Assembly (NCBI RefSeq): GCF_004010195.1
Contig: NC_057756.1
Location: 5,952,811-6,002,075 of the forward strand
DNA from: Chiloscyllium plagiosum
Taxonomy: Eukaryota
DNA: 49,265 nucleotides
Direction of reading: 5' to 3'
Shown here: piece after piece, positions 12,252-24,144 of the stretch
Layout of the letters: each line of letters starts with the position of its first letter
Position numbering within the stretch: position 1 is the stretch's first letter
Notes under the pieces: generated by a model
What the model was told of the DNA's origin: nothing
Database searches by the model: none
Seen by the model: the letters and a program-made list of their open reading frames with translations, nothing else
Program-made: the position numbers and the translations under genes

Positions 12252-13589
12252 ACTATCATTATCCATTTCAAATATACCGGGTCAATACTTTGCAGCGTAT
12301 TTTTGTTAAGTTTTTTCAGGTTAACTGTCTATCAGCATCTCAATGTGACAGTGCAGGGAAACCAAAGTGAAATTTGTCACAAATGAATCAGGGGTATGAA
12401 AAGACCGAACAGTATTACACTACAAATTGTCATGTACTTACAATATTGTGTCATATCTGAAGATGTCATTTGAAAATCTTGTCGCCACAAAGTTATGTCG
12501 CACATCCATTAGTGTAAGATTCATCACTTAATTTTCAAAACTGCCGGGAAACCAGCTGCTTTATAATATTTCAACAGATTATTACTGTAGAAGCAAAAAA
12601 TAGAATTCAAGTTCCTGTATCTCTCTGTCGCTGTCTTTTTTAAGCATTAGATCAGGTCAATCTGTTCACTCATGCATTGCTGTTCCTGAAAATGAATACA
12701 TTTTGCTTCATGCATATTGCCAAACATATTGCCCGAAAGGGCTTAATACTGGAATCGGGGCAATTAGTTCCATGATAAGTCCTACAGAAATGTGACAAAA
12801 TCAGTTCAGATTCATTTTTCCCTGACAACATTATCCTTGATAGTGTTGGTCATCAAGACTACCTCTTACCTTCAATCTATGCCCCAACCCAGTCACTGAT
12901 CCCTCCATCCAGGGGGAGAGGGTACTTCCTGTCTACCCGACCAATCCCCCTCATGATTTTATGTACTCCCTCTCTCAATCTCCTCTGCTCTAAGGATAAC
13001 AATCCCAGACTGTCCAATCTCTCTCCATCATTGAAATTCTCCAGCCCCAAGGCAACATCCTGGTAAATCTCCCTCTGCACCTTCTTCCAGTGCTATCACA
13101 TCCCTCCGATAATGTACATTCCAGACCAGCACACAATACACTGCTCATGGCATTCTTAACATCATTTCATAGAATCACAGAACCCCTACAGTGTGGAAAC
13201 AGGCCATTCAGCCCAACAAGCCCACACCTACCCTCCAAAAAGTATCCCACCCAGGCCCATTCCCTCTGCCCTATAACTCTACATTTATCTCGACTAATAG
13301 ACCTAACCTACACATCACTGAACACCATGGAGAATTTAACATGGCCAATTCACTTAACCTGCACATAGAACATAGAACATTACAGCACAGTACAGACCCT
13401 TCAGCCCTCAATGTTGCGCCACCCTGTGGAACCAATCTGAAGCACATCTATCCTACACTATTCCATTTTCATCTATATGTCTATCCAATGATCATTTAAA
13501 TGCCATTAAAGTTGGTGGGTCTACTACTGGTGCAGGCAGTGAATTCCACATCCTATTACTACCTCTGACATCTGTCCTATATCTATCAC

Positions 13590-13964
13590 AGGATAGCCAG
13601 AAGGGACCTGAAGAAAGGGATTAGGAGAGCCAAGAGAGGGCATGAAAAATCTTTGGCGGATAGGATCAAGGATAACCCAAAGGCATTTTATACGTATGTG
13701 AGAAACATGAGAATGACAAGAACGAGGGTAGGTCCAATCAAGGACAGTAGTGGGAGACTGTGTATTGAGTCAGAAGAGATAAGAGAGGTCTTGAATGAGT
13801 ACTTTTCTTCAGTATTTACGAATGAGAGGAACCGTATTGTTGACGAGGAGAGTGTGAAACGGACTGGTAAGCTAGAGGAGATACTTGTTAGGAAGGAAGA
13901 TGTGTTGGACATTTTGAACAACTTGAGGATAGACAAGTCCCCCGGGCCTGACGGGACATATCCT
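13590..13964 (+). mobile_element. CR1 ORF2 fragment (tether / pre-RT region)
   Basis: IKDNPKAFYTYV...LNEYFSSVFT...DKSPGPDG. Confidence 0.9.
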
Positions 13965-14382
13965 NNNNNNNNNNNNNNNNNNNNNNNNNNNNNNNNNNNN
14001 NNNNNNNNNNNNNNNNNNNNNNNNNNNNNNNNNNNNNNNNNNNNNNNNNNNNNNNNNNNNNNNNNNNNNNNNNNNNNNNNNNNNNNNNNNNNNNNNNNNN
14101 NNNNNNNNNNNNNNNNNNNNNNNNNNNNNNNNNNNNNNNNNNNNNNNNNNNNNNNNNNNNNNNNNNNNNNNNNNNNNNNNNNNNNNNNNNNNNNNNNNNN
14201 NNNNNNNNNNNNNNNNNNNNNNNNNNNNNNNNNNNNNNNNNNNNNNNNNNNNNNNNNNNNNNNNNNNNNNNNNNNNNNNNNNNNNNNNNNNNNNNNNNNN
14301 NNNNNNNNNNNNNNNNNNNNNNNNNNNNNNNNNNNNNNNNNNNNNNNNNNNNNNNNNNNNNNNNNNNNNNNNNNNNNNNNNN
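13965..14382. other. Assembly gap
   Basis: Run of N. Confidence 1.
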
Positions 14383-16502
14383 TGATCGAGTCCCTGTGAT
14401 CGAGTGTGTGTGACTGACTGCCTGTGACCCGAGTGCCTGTGACTGAGTGCCTGTGGCAAAGTGCCTGTGACCGAGTGCCTGTGTCCCGAATGCCTGTGAT
14501 CGAGAGCCTGTGACGGAGTGCCTGTGACGGAGTGCCTGTGACTGAGTGCCTGTGAGGGAGTGCCTGTGATCGAGTGCCTGTGACCGAGTACCTGTGATCG
14601 GGTGCCTGTGACTGCGTGCCTGAGATTGAGTGCCTGTGATCGAGTCCCTGTGATCGAGTGTATGTGACTGACTGCCTGTGATCGTTTGCCTGTGATTGAG
14701 TGCCTGTGACCCGAGTGCCTGTGATTGAGTGCCTGTGACCGAGTGCCTGTGACCGAGTGCCTGTGATTGAGTGCCTGTGACCGAGTGCGTGACTGACTGC
14801 CTGTGATTGAGTGCCTGTGACCGAGTACCTGTGATTGGGTGCCTGTGACTGTGTGCCTGTGACTGAGTCCCCGCGATTGGGTGCCTGTGACCGAGTGCCT
14901 GTGATCGAGTGCCTGTGATCGAGTGTGTGTGGCTGACTGCCAGTGATTGAGTGCCTGTGATCATGTGCCTGTGATTGAGTGTCTGTGTCTGGGTGCCTGT
15001 AATCTAGTGCCTGTGAAGTGTGCCTGTGTCCGATTGCCTGTGATTGAGTGCCTGTGACCGAGTGCCTGAGATTAACTGCCTGTGTCTGGCTGTTTGTGAC
15101 CAAGTGCCTGTGAATGAATGCCTGTGATGGAGTGACAGTGTCGGAGTGCCTGTGACCGAGTGGCTGTGACCGAGTGCCTGTGAATGAGTGCCTGTGACCG
15201 AGTGCCTGTGACCGCGTCCCTGTGATCGAGTGCCTGTGACTGAGTGCCTGTGACCCGAGAGCCTGTGACTGAGTGCCTGTGGCCGAGAGCCTGTGACCGA
15301 GTGCCTGTGACCGAGTGCCTGTGTTTGAGTGCCTGTCACCCAGTGCCTGTGATTGAGTGCCTGTGACTGAGTGCCTGTGATCGAGTGCGTGTGACTGACT
15401 GCCTGTAATCGAGTGCCTGTGATTGAGTGCCTGTGGACGAGTGGCTGTGACCGAGTGCCTGTGACTGAGTGTCTGTGATGGAGTGCCTGTGATGGAGTGC
15501 CTGTGACTGAGCGCCTGTGAGGGAGTGCCAGTGATTGAGTGCCTGTGACCGAGTACCTGTGATCGGGTGCCTGTGACTGCGTGCCAGAGATTGAGTGCCT
15601 GTGATCGAGTGTGTGTGACTGACTGCCTGTGATCGTGTGCCTGTGATTGAGTGCTTGTGACCCGAGTGCCTGTGATTGAGTGCCTGTGACTGAGTGCCTG
15701 TGGCTGAGTGCCTGTGACCGAGTGCCTGTGGCTGAGCACCTGTGACCGATTGCCTGTGACTGAGTGCCTGTGATTGAGTGCCTGTGACTGAGTGCCTGTG
15801 ATCGAGTGCGTGACTGACTGCCTGTGAACGAGTACCTGTGATTGAGTGCCTGTGAACGAGTGCCTGTGATTGAGTGCCTGTGACCGAGTTCCTGTGACGG
15901 GGTGCCTGTGACGGAGTGCCTGTGTTTAAGTGCCTGTGACGGAATGCCTGTGATTGAGTGCCTGTGACCGAGTACCTGTGATCGGGTGCCTGTGACTGCG
16001 TGCCTGAGATTGAGTGCCTGTGATCAAGTACCTGTGATCGAGTGTGTGTGTCTGACTGCCTGTGATCGTGTGCCTGTGATTGAGTCCCTGTGATCGAGTG
16101 CCTGTGATTGAGTGCCTACAACCGAGTGTGTGTGACTGAGTGCCTGTGATTGAGTGCCTGTAATCGAGTGCCTTTGACTGAGTGCCTGTGACCGAGCGCT
16201 TGGGATGGAGTGCCTGTGGTCGAGTGCCTGTGACCCGAGTGCCTGTGATTGAGTGCCTGTGACTGAATGCCTGTGATCGGGTGCGTGTGACTGACTGCCT
16301 GTGGTCGAGTGCCTGTGATTGTGTGCCTGTGACCGAGTGCCTGTGATTGTGTGCCTGTGACGGAGTGCCTGTGACGGAGTGCCTGAGATTGTGTTTATGT
16401 GACCGAGTACCTGTGATTGGGTGCCTGTGAGTGAGTGTCTGTGATCAAGTGCCTAGCATCGAGTGCGTGTGACTGACTGCCTGTGATCGAGTGCCTGTGA
16501 TG
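14383..16502. repeat. About 2.1-kb minisatellite, 14-bp unit GAGTGCCTGTGAYY, with higher-order variants
   Basis: Direct reading, roughly 150 units; left end hidden in the gap. Confidence 0.97.
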
Positions 16503-16724
16503 GAAGGTATAGGGGAGATGTCAGGGGTAGGTTCTTTACCCAGAGAGTGGTGGGGGCATGGAATGCGCTGCCTGTGGGAGTGGCAGAGTCAGAATCTTTG
16601 GTGACCTTTAAGCGGCAATTGGATAGGTACGTGGATGGGTGCTTAAGCTAGGACAAATGTTCGGCATAACATTGTGGGCCGAAGGGCCTGTTCTGTGCTG
16701 TATTGTTCTATGTTCTATGTTCTA
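16503..16724 (+). mobile_element. CR1 3' end
   Basis: GDVRGRFFTQRVV-type remnant and (tgttcta)n tail. Confidence 0.85.
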
Positions 16725-17339
16725 TCACCTCTCAATTTAAAGCTATGTCCCCTCGTGCTAGCGATTACCATCCAAGGAAGAAAGGATCTCACTGTCCACT
16801 CTATCTAGCCCTCTGATTATTTTATATATCTCAATTAAGTCACCTATCAACCTTCTTCTCTCTAACGAAAACAGCCTCACATCCTTCAAGCTTTCCTCAT
16901 AAGACCTTACTTCCATACCAGGCAACATCCTCGTAAATCACCTCTGAATCCTTTCCAAAGCTTCCACATCCTTCCTGTAATGAGGTGACCAGGACTGTAC
17001 GCAATACTCCAAGTGCGGCTACACCAGAGTTTTGTACAGCTGCAGCATGATCTCATGGCTCTGAAACTCAATCCCTTTACCAATAAAAGCTAATACACCA
17101 TGTGCCTTCTTAACAATCTTATCAACTTTCAGGGATCTATGTACATGGACATTCAAGTCTCTCTGCTCATCTATACTACCCAGAATTGTACCGTTAGCCC
17201 AGTAATCTTTATTCCCGTTGCTGCTTCCAAAATGAAACACCTCACACTTTTCTCCATTAAACTCCATTTGCCACCTCTCAGCCCAGCTCTGCAGCCTATC
17301 TATGTCTCTCTGTAACCTGCAACATCCTTCAGCACTATC

Positions 17340-17500
17340 CACATCTTTGGATTGTGAGAGGAAACCAGAGCACCCGGAAGAAACCCACGCAGACACGGGG
17401 AGAATGTGCAAACTCCACACAGACAGTTGCCCGAGACTGGAATCAAACCTGGGTCCCTGACGCTGTGAGGCAGCAGTGCTAACCACTGAGCCACCATACC
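17340..17500 (-). mobile_element. HE1/V-SINE 5' half
   Basis: Head plus V core. Confidence 0.85.
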
Positions 17501-17659
17501 ACATGGTCCTGCGTGATTCTATGATCATATTGGGAAGTGAAGTCATATGTTATCAGCAATTTTCCATTATCGTCACAATGAAGCCTTTATATTTTGTCAT
17601 CCAGATACAGAAAAAAAGTGGACAGAATGTTTGAGTAAAGTTTTTGTTTACACTGGAGT

Positions 17660-18400
17660 TTAACCCCAATTGGTGTGAGGTTAGAAGAAGGAACAAGATG
17701 AGGGAGTACTCAATGAATGGCACAACACTCGGAAACTCAGAGGAACAGAATGTGTTTGGGCTATTAGTTTGTAGGTTAACGGGGGGGGGGGGGTTAAGAA
17801 GGCAGATGGGACACTTGCCTTTATCAGTGGAGGAATGGATTATAAGAGGGGGGAGGTGATGTTGGAGTTTGGTGAAGCCACAATTGGAGGCCACTGTGTG
17901 CAGTTCCCATCTCCGCACTATGGGAAGAATTCTACTGGAAGGGGTGCAGAGGAGATTCACCAGGATGCTGTCTGGGATGGAGCAGTTCAGCGATGAGGGA
18001 AGACTGGATAAGCTCAGGACTTTAAAGTGAAAGGCAGAGGTTTAGAGGGGAATTTGAGGATTATTTCACCCAGACAGTGGTGGGAGTCAGGAATGCAGTG
18101 CCTGGGAGGGAGCAAAATTAAAAATCACACAACAACAGATTGTAGTCCAACAGGTTTACTTGGAAACTCTAGCTTTCGGAGCGCTGCTCCTTCACCCCAT
18201 GGTTGTGGAAGGGTAGTTGAGGGATGAACCCTTGGAACATCTAAAAATTACTTGGACGAGTGCTATAACATTCAAGGCTATGAGGGCTAGCCTGACAAAG
18301 TGGGATTACTGTCAATGGTAGTATATGTTTGGTGGGAAAGACTCAACAGGCCAAAGGGTCTCTTTTGTACTGTACTTCTTGTACTATGAGTCTATGAATA
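17660..18400 (+). mobile_element. Degenerate CR1 with a Penelope-derived insert at about 18115-18200
   Basis: ORF2 3' remnants; insert ctagctttcggagcgctgctccttca is related to 22970 and 48278. Confidence 0.6.
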
Positions 18401-18442
18401 GATGCAATTCTCATCACTAGAATGCTAAAGACCACCTTCAGA

Positions 18443-18905
18443 TTCATAGAGTCATTGAGACGTACAGCACAGAAACAGACCCTTCGGTTCAACCCGTCCA
18501 TGCCGACCAGATATCCCAATCCAATCTAGTCCCACCTGCCAGCACCCGGCCCATATCCCTCCAAACCCTTCCTACTCATATACCCATCCAAATGCCTCTT
18601 AAATGTTGTAATTGTACCAGTCTCCACCACATCCTCTGGAAGCTCATTCCATACACGTACCACCCTCTGCGTGAAAACATTGCCCCTTAGGTCTCTTTTA
18701 TATCTTTCCCCTCTCACCCTAACCTGTGGCCTCTAGTTCTGGATTCCCCCACCCCAGAGAAAAGACTTCGTCTGTTTATCTTATCCATGCTCCTCATGGA
18801 TTTTATAAACCTCTATAAGGTCACCCCTCAGCCTCTGACGCTCCAGGGAAAACAGCCCTAACCTATTCAACCTCTCCCTATAGCTCAAATCCTCCAACCC
18901 TGACA
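18443..18905 (-). mobile_element. Young CR1 3' fragment
   Basis: RYKRDLRGNVFTQRVVRVWNELP; same subfamily as 28447 and 33130. Confidence 0.88.
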
Positions 18906-19284
18906 ACGTGTCAGAGTGAAGACTTAACTCTGTTTCCTGTTCCACAGGATTTGCCTGACTTACTGATTACCTCCAACACTTTCTGCTTTCTACAAATTAT
19001 TCAATCTTCAGAAATTCTCTCATCCACATCAGAGTGTTGTGACCAGCTCTGAGCGAAACATCGTCTGAAGGACAGATTACATTGGGAGATGTGCAGAGTC
19101 AATTCGATAGAAATGAACCACTGGTCTCCAGACTCTAAACTGATGTTTATCTAGTGTGGAAACAATATATCAAAAGAGGGTGACGTAATAGAAATTTTAA
19201 CACCATGAAATTGAAATCATAGTATCAAAGTGCTTTACTTGGATTCTTAAAGCACAGGAAGTGGATATTCTGTTTTTAAATATA

Positions 19285-19382
19285 TCTGTCTTTCTCTCTC
19301 TGTCTGTTTGTTTGTCTGTCTATCCATCTGACAGTCTGTCTGTCCGTCTGTCTGCCTATCTATCTATCTACCCATCCATCCA
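19285..19382. repeat. Compound (TCTG)/(TCTA)/(CCAT) microsatellite
   Basis: Direct reading. Confidence 0.8.
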
Positions 19383-20054
19383 AACAACCAAATTTGACAG
19401 AGTAATATGGTTTGCCTTCTTTAAAACCATAAGAAATAGGAACGGGAGTAGGCCATTCAGCCCCTTGAGCCTGTTCCATTCAATAGGATCGTAGTTGATC
19501 CCACATTCCTCACATCCACTTTCCTGGCCTTTCCCCGCAACTCTTCATTCCCCGACTGACCAAGAGTCTATCTATGTCAGCCTTAAATATGCCCAAGCAT
19601 GCTGACCACCCCTTACTCACAGCTCTCTATAGTAAGGAGTTCCAAAGACCCACAACCCTCGGAGAGTCTCTAATTGGTGTCCCTTTATTCTGAGACTATA
19701 CCCTCTGGTCCTCGACTCTCCCATGAGGGAGAAGCATTCTCTCAAATTGACCCAGATCATTGAGATCACCTCTCATTCTTCTAACCTCCAGTGAGTACAC
19801 ACCAACCTGTTTAGCTTTTGCTCATTGGACAGTCCCTCCATGCCAGGGACTATCCTATGCATTGTCACTAACTCATTTTTGGAACCATCATTAGGCCCTC
19901 TTGTCTGCCCCACCATTCAGTAGGAGCTGACATTCCCCGTGTCCACCTTCCAGCCCTTCTCATCTGTCACCCTGAATACCCCGACTGAACAAGAATGCAA
20001 TCGGTAATTCTTTGCTCAGAATTCGGTCGACACTGTAAATGGTGTGACATCTTG

Positions 20055-21130
20055 TCCTTATCCAGGTATCCAGTATCTTCACTCTCGATTCCAGGATTAA
20101 TCTGTTCAATACAAAACATAGAACATTACAGCACAGTAGGCCCTTCACCCTCAATATTGTGCCAACCTGGGAAACCAATCTGAAGCCCATCTAACCTACA
20201 CTATGATCCATTATCATCCATATGTTTATCCAATGACCATTTAAATGCCCTTAAAGTTGGTGAGTCTACTCCTGTTGCAGGCAGGGTGTTCCACACCCCC
20301 TACTACTCTCTGAGTAAAGAAACTACCTCTGACATCTATCCTATATCTATCACCCCTCAATTTGAAGCTATGTACCGTCATGCTAGCCATCACCATCCAA
20401 GGAAAAAGGATCTCACTGTCCACCTGGTGTAACCCTCTGGTTATCTTGTGTCTCTCAATTAAGTCACCTCTCAACCTTCTTCTCTCTAATGAAAACAGCA
20501 TCATGTCCCTCAACCTTTCCTCATAAGACTTTCCTCCATACCAGGCAACACCCTAGTAAATGTCCTCGGAACCCTTTCCAAATCTTCCACATCCTTCTTA
20601 TAATACGGTGACCAGAACTACACACAATACTCCAACTGCAGCCACATCAGAGATTTGTACAGCTGCAACATGACCTCATGGTTCCAAAGTTCAATCCCTC
20701 TACGAATAAAATCTAGCACACCATATGCCTTCTTAACAGAACTATAGTAGCAACTTTGAGGGATCTATGTACATGGACACCGAGATCTCTCTGCTCATTT
20801 ACACTCCCAAGAATGTTACCATTTGCCCAATAGTCTGCATTCCTGTTACTCCTTCCAAAGTGAATTACCTCAAACTTTTCTGCATTAAACTCTATTTGCC
20901 ACCTCTCAGCCCAGCTCTGCAACTTATCTATGTCCCTCTGTAACCTACAATCTCCTTTGGCACTATCCACAACTGTACCGACCTTAGTGTCATCCACAAA
21001 TTTACTAACCCATCCTTCTACGCCCTCATCCAGGTTGTTTATAACAATGACAAACAGCAGTGGACCCAAAACAGAACCTTGCAGTACAGGATGAACATCT
21101 CCCATCAACCTTCTTTCAGCTAACCAATTT
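20055..21130 (-). mobile_element. CR1 with RT domain remnant
   Basis: QGSVLGPLLF...VSKFVDDTK...LQRDIDKLQSWA. Confidence 0.92.
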
Positions 21131-21154
21131 ATGTCAACAATTTTTAAAACTGTT

Positions 21155-21860
21155 GGTTCATGGGATGTAGGCATTGCTGGCTGGGTCAAGGTTTATTGCC
21201 CATCCTGAAATGTCCAGTGAGGGCAGTTAAGAGTCAATCACATTGCTGTGGGGTCTGGAGTCACATGTAAGTCAGACCAAGTAGGGACAGCAGATTTGCT
21301 TCCACAAAGGACATTAGTGATTCGGATGAGTTTTTATAACAGTTAGCAATGGATTCATGATCATCATTGCACTCGTAACTTTCTTTGTTTACAAATTTAA
21401 TCATGTTTTAATTGCTTTAGCATACTAAACATCCAAAAGAAGGAAATATACCTCAGATACAAGATCATTTAAAGTACAGAATGCTCGCAGTTGACACTCG
21501 AATTTGAGTAAAATTAGAGTCACTACACAGCCTGACAAGATTGAGGCAGGCCCACATTATCCTACAAAGCCTCATATCATTTTTAAATTAAAAAAAAGGA
21601 TGCCTGAAAGTATTTTGCTGAATTGTTACCAAACTAGACCAGTTGTGAACTGCGCACACTTTAAAACATGAATATTACCTGGAACACCATACACAGAATG
21701 ATTTAGAAAAAAAACAGTTTTCAATGAGGTTTTGATTTTTCATTTAGCTCTTAATTCCAGATTTTTATTGATTGAATTTGAATTCCAACATCTGCTGAGG
21801 GCAGAGTTTGGACCTGGGTCCCTAGAATGTGACTTGATAATATCATAAGGTGTCACATCA
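21155..21860 (-). mobile_element. Second SINE-like family, interrupted; other copies at 35415-35785 and 45605-46050
   Basis: Shared gggcagttaagagtcaa.cacattgctgtggg.tctggagtcacatgta.g.cagacca.gta motif. Confidence 0.65.
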
Positions 21861-22243
21861 CATTGAAAGCTGCTCATTGTATTGCATATTTTGAGGATAA
21901 AGTTTTATCAGACCATTGGGCTGCTCTCCCATTAAGAGAGAGAGGTGGCTGGTGGTGGTTCAACATGAGGATCACGTGAGGGGAGAGGTAGAGAAGGAGA
22001 GACCTTCATCGTAACCATGGGGATGAAGCCACACTGTTAGCATCAGTCTACACCACACACTGACCATCCAGCCAACTGAGGAGCTAACCAACCCCTGAAT
22101 TTTCCAGTGCCTCTCGGTTAAGAATTATTTCATGTTTTTTTTTGTTTAATTCCACAGAAGTTGTCAAAGTAAGCTATGCTGGAGACATAAAGAAACGAAG
22201 GCCTTGAAACGAATCTGGTATTCTGGGACATCTTCACATCAAA

Positions 22244-22280
22244 ATGGCATTGTGGTCATTATTGTTTTTCATAAATTCAA
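22244..22280 (+). CDS. Leader exon 1, coding part (MALWSLLFFINS + 1 nt); exon starts at 22158 with 5'UTR
   Basis: Acceptor ttttttttgtttaattccacag ends at 22157; strong Kozak context (AAAATGG); hydrophobic peptide; donor a|gtacgt at 22281, phase 1. Confidence 0.72.
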
Positions 22281-22969
22281 GTACGTAGTTCTTTAAATGT
22301 AGAGTCAGAGAGGTCTACAGCACAGAAAAAGGCCCTTCAGCCCATCATGTGTGTGCCAGTCAAAAACAACCACCCCACTATCTCTAATCCCATTTCTCCA
22401 GCACTTGATCCATAGCCTTGGCAACGCAAGTGCTCATCTAAATCCTTCTTCAACATAATGAGGGTTTCTACCTCTCTCCCCCTTACAGGCAGTGAGTTCC
22501 AGATTCCCCACCATCCTTTGGGTGAAGAAACGTTTCCTCACACCCCCCTGCAAATTTCCTGCCCCCGCCTTCATTCTATGGCCCCTCCCCCGATTGCTGA
22601 ACCCTCCATCAAGGGGGTACGGTTTCTTCCTCTCTCCCCTATCTAAGCCCCATCATTATTTTAGACATCTCAGTCATGTCCCCCCTCTCTCAATCTCCTC
22701 TGGTCTGAGGAAAACAAGCCTTGTCTGTCCAATCTTTCTCCATCCCTGAAACTCTCCGGCCCCCCCACGGTAACATCCTGGTAAATCTCCCTGTACACCC
22801 TCTCCCAGTGCTATCCCATCCCTCCGAGAATGTGGATTCCAGAACGGCACACAATATTTTTTTGCTGTATGACTGAACAAACTCTTTTTTTTATCTGTTT
22901 GTACTCATTTGTAACCTTGTTACTGATGATTCATTCATTCATTATGTTTGAAGTTGTTCAAAAATGAAC

Positions 22970-23004
22970 CACCTGATGAAGGAGCATCACTCCGAAAGCT
23001 AGTG
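22970..23004 (+). ncRNA. Minimal type-I hammerhead ribozyme motif in a Penelope-derived repeat (about 22960-23055)
   Basis: CAC-CTGATGA-A-GGAG(CATCA)CTCC-GAAAGCT-A-GTG. Confidence 0.6.
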
Positions 23005-23129
23005 CTTCCAATTAAACCGGTTGGACTATAACCTGGTGTTGTGTGATTTTTAATCTCAAAAATGAAAGCATTCCCATCTATGCAAGGAAGTAAACGCTTA
23101 ATGCCTTCAGTAGGATGAGTAGAGGCAGA

Positions 23130-23545
23130 GACTATTTTCCAAATGGGGAAAGGCTTCGGAAATTTGAAGCACAAAGGGAATTGGGAGTCTGAGTTCAGGA
23201 TTCCCTTCAGGTTCACAGGCAGATTCAGTTGGCAGTGAGGAAGGTAAATGTGACGTTAGCATTCATCTCGAGAGGGTTAGAATACAAGAGCAGGGATGTC
23301 CTGCTGAGGTTGTATAAGGCTCTGGTCAGACCACATTTGGAATATTGTGAGCAGTGTTGGGCACCGTATCAAAGGAAGGCCGTGCTGGTCTTGGACGGGG
23401 TCCAGAGGGGGTTTACAGGAAAGATCCTGGGGATGAAGAATGTGTCAAATGAAGAGAGGTTGAGCTCTCTGGGTCTGTACACCATGGAGTTTAGAAGGAT
23501 GAGGTGCAATCTGATTGAAACTTATAAAATATTGAGAGGCCTTTT
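23130..23545 (+). mobile_element. CR1 ORF2 fragment
   Basis: [31 protein letters not shown]. Confidence 0.9.
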
Positions 23546-24108
23546 TATTTTGCAATTTATAATCTTTCTCATACTGCATTGCTCACACTATGAGGAGATA
23601 CTAAAATACGAAAGGTGAGGTGTGGGGACAGTGTACAAACGGTGCATGTGATATTCAAGACCATTAGATTTCGGAGCAGAATTCAACCATTCGGCCCAGT
23701 GACTCTGCTCTACCATTTGATGGCGGCTGATGTTTCTCAACCCCATTCTCCTGCCTTCTCCCTGTAACCCTTGATCCCCTTATCAATCAAAAACTTATCT
23801 AACTCTGTCTTCAATACACTCATTGGCCTCTACAGCCTTTTACAGCAATCAGTTCCACAGATTCACCATCATCTGGCTGAAGAAATTCCTCCTCATCTCA
23901 GTCCTAAAGGATCGTCCCCTCACTCTGAGGCTGTGCCCTTGGGTCCCAATCTCTCCTACTCATGGAAATATTTTCTCCATGTCCTCCCCATCCAGGCCCC
24001 CCAGATGAACAATACCCATGAAATTATATTATTACAGTCAATCATTTATACTTCGATCAACAGCTCGGGCTCATGTGGTAATCAAAGCCTGTTTTCATTG
24101 TCTTACAG

Positions 24109-24144
24109 TTCATTTGATGGTTCTGAAGTGCCAAGCTTCAACAG
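24109..24144 (+). CDS. 36-bp leader mini-exon 2 (IHLMVLKCQAST)
   Basis: Acceptor gttttcattgtcttacag|, donor cag|gtaaga, phase 1-1; completes a signal peptide with a C-Q-A small-residue cleavage motif. Confidence 0.78.

Larger units (their letters stand above)
13365..17340 (-). mobile_element. Antisense CR1 (13365-13589 and 16721-17340) split by a + CR1 and a satellite
   Basis: Sequence is collinear with the CR1 at 20055-21130 across the break; tctatcac is duplicated at 13582-13589 and 16721-16728. Confidence 0.8.

Noticed and set aside
13688..15739. 683-aa His/Ser/Thr-rich ORF and overlapping ORFs
   Set aside because: Translation of the 14-bp satellite (42-nt periodicity, few stops on the minus strand) read through an N gap.
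14383..16502. CRISPR-like array or RSS heptamer array (CACAG on the minus strand)
   Set aside because: No unique spacers and a eukaryotic context; units read CACAGGC rather than CACAGTG and no nonamers are seen.
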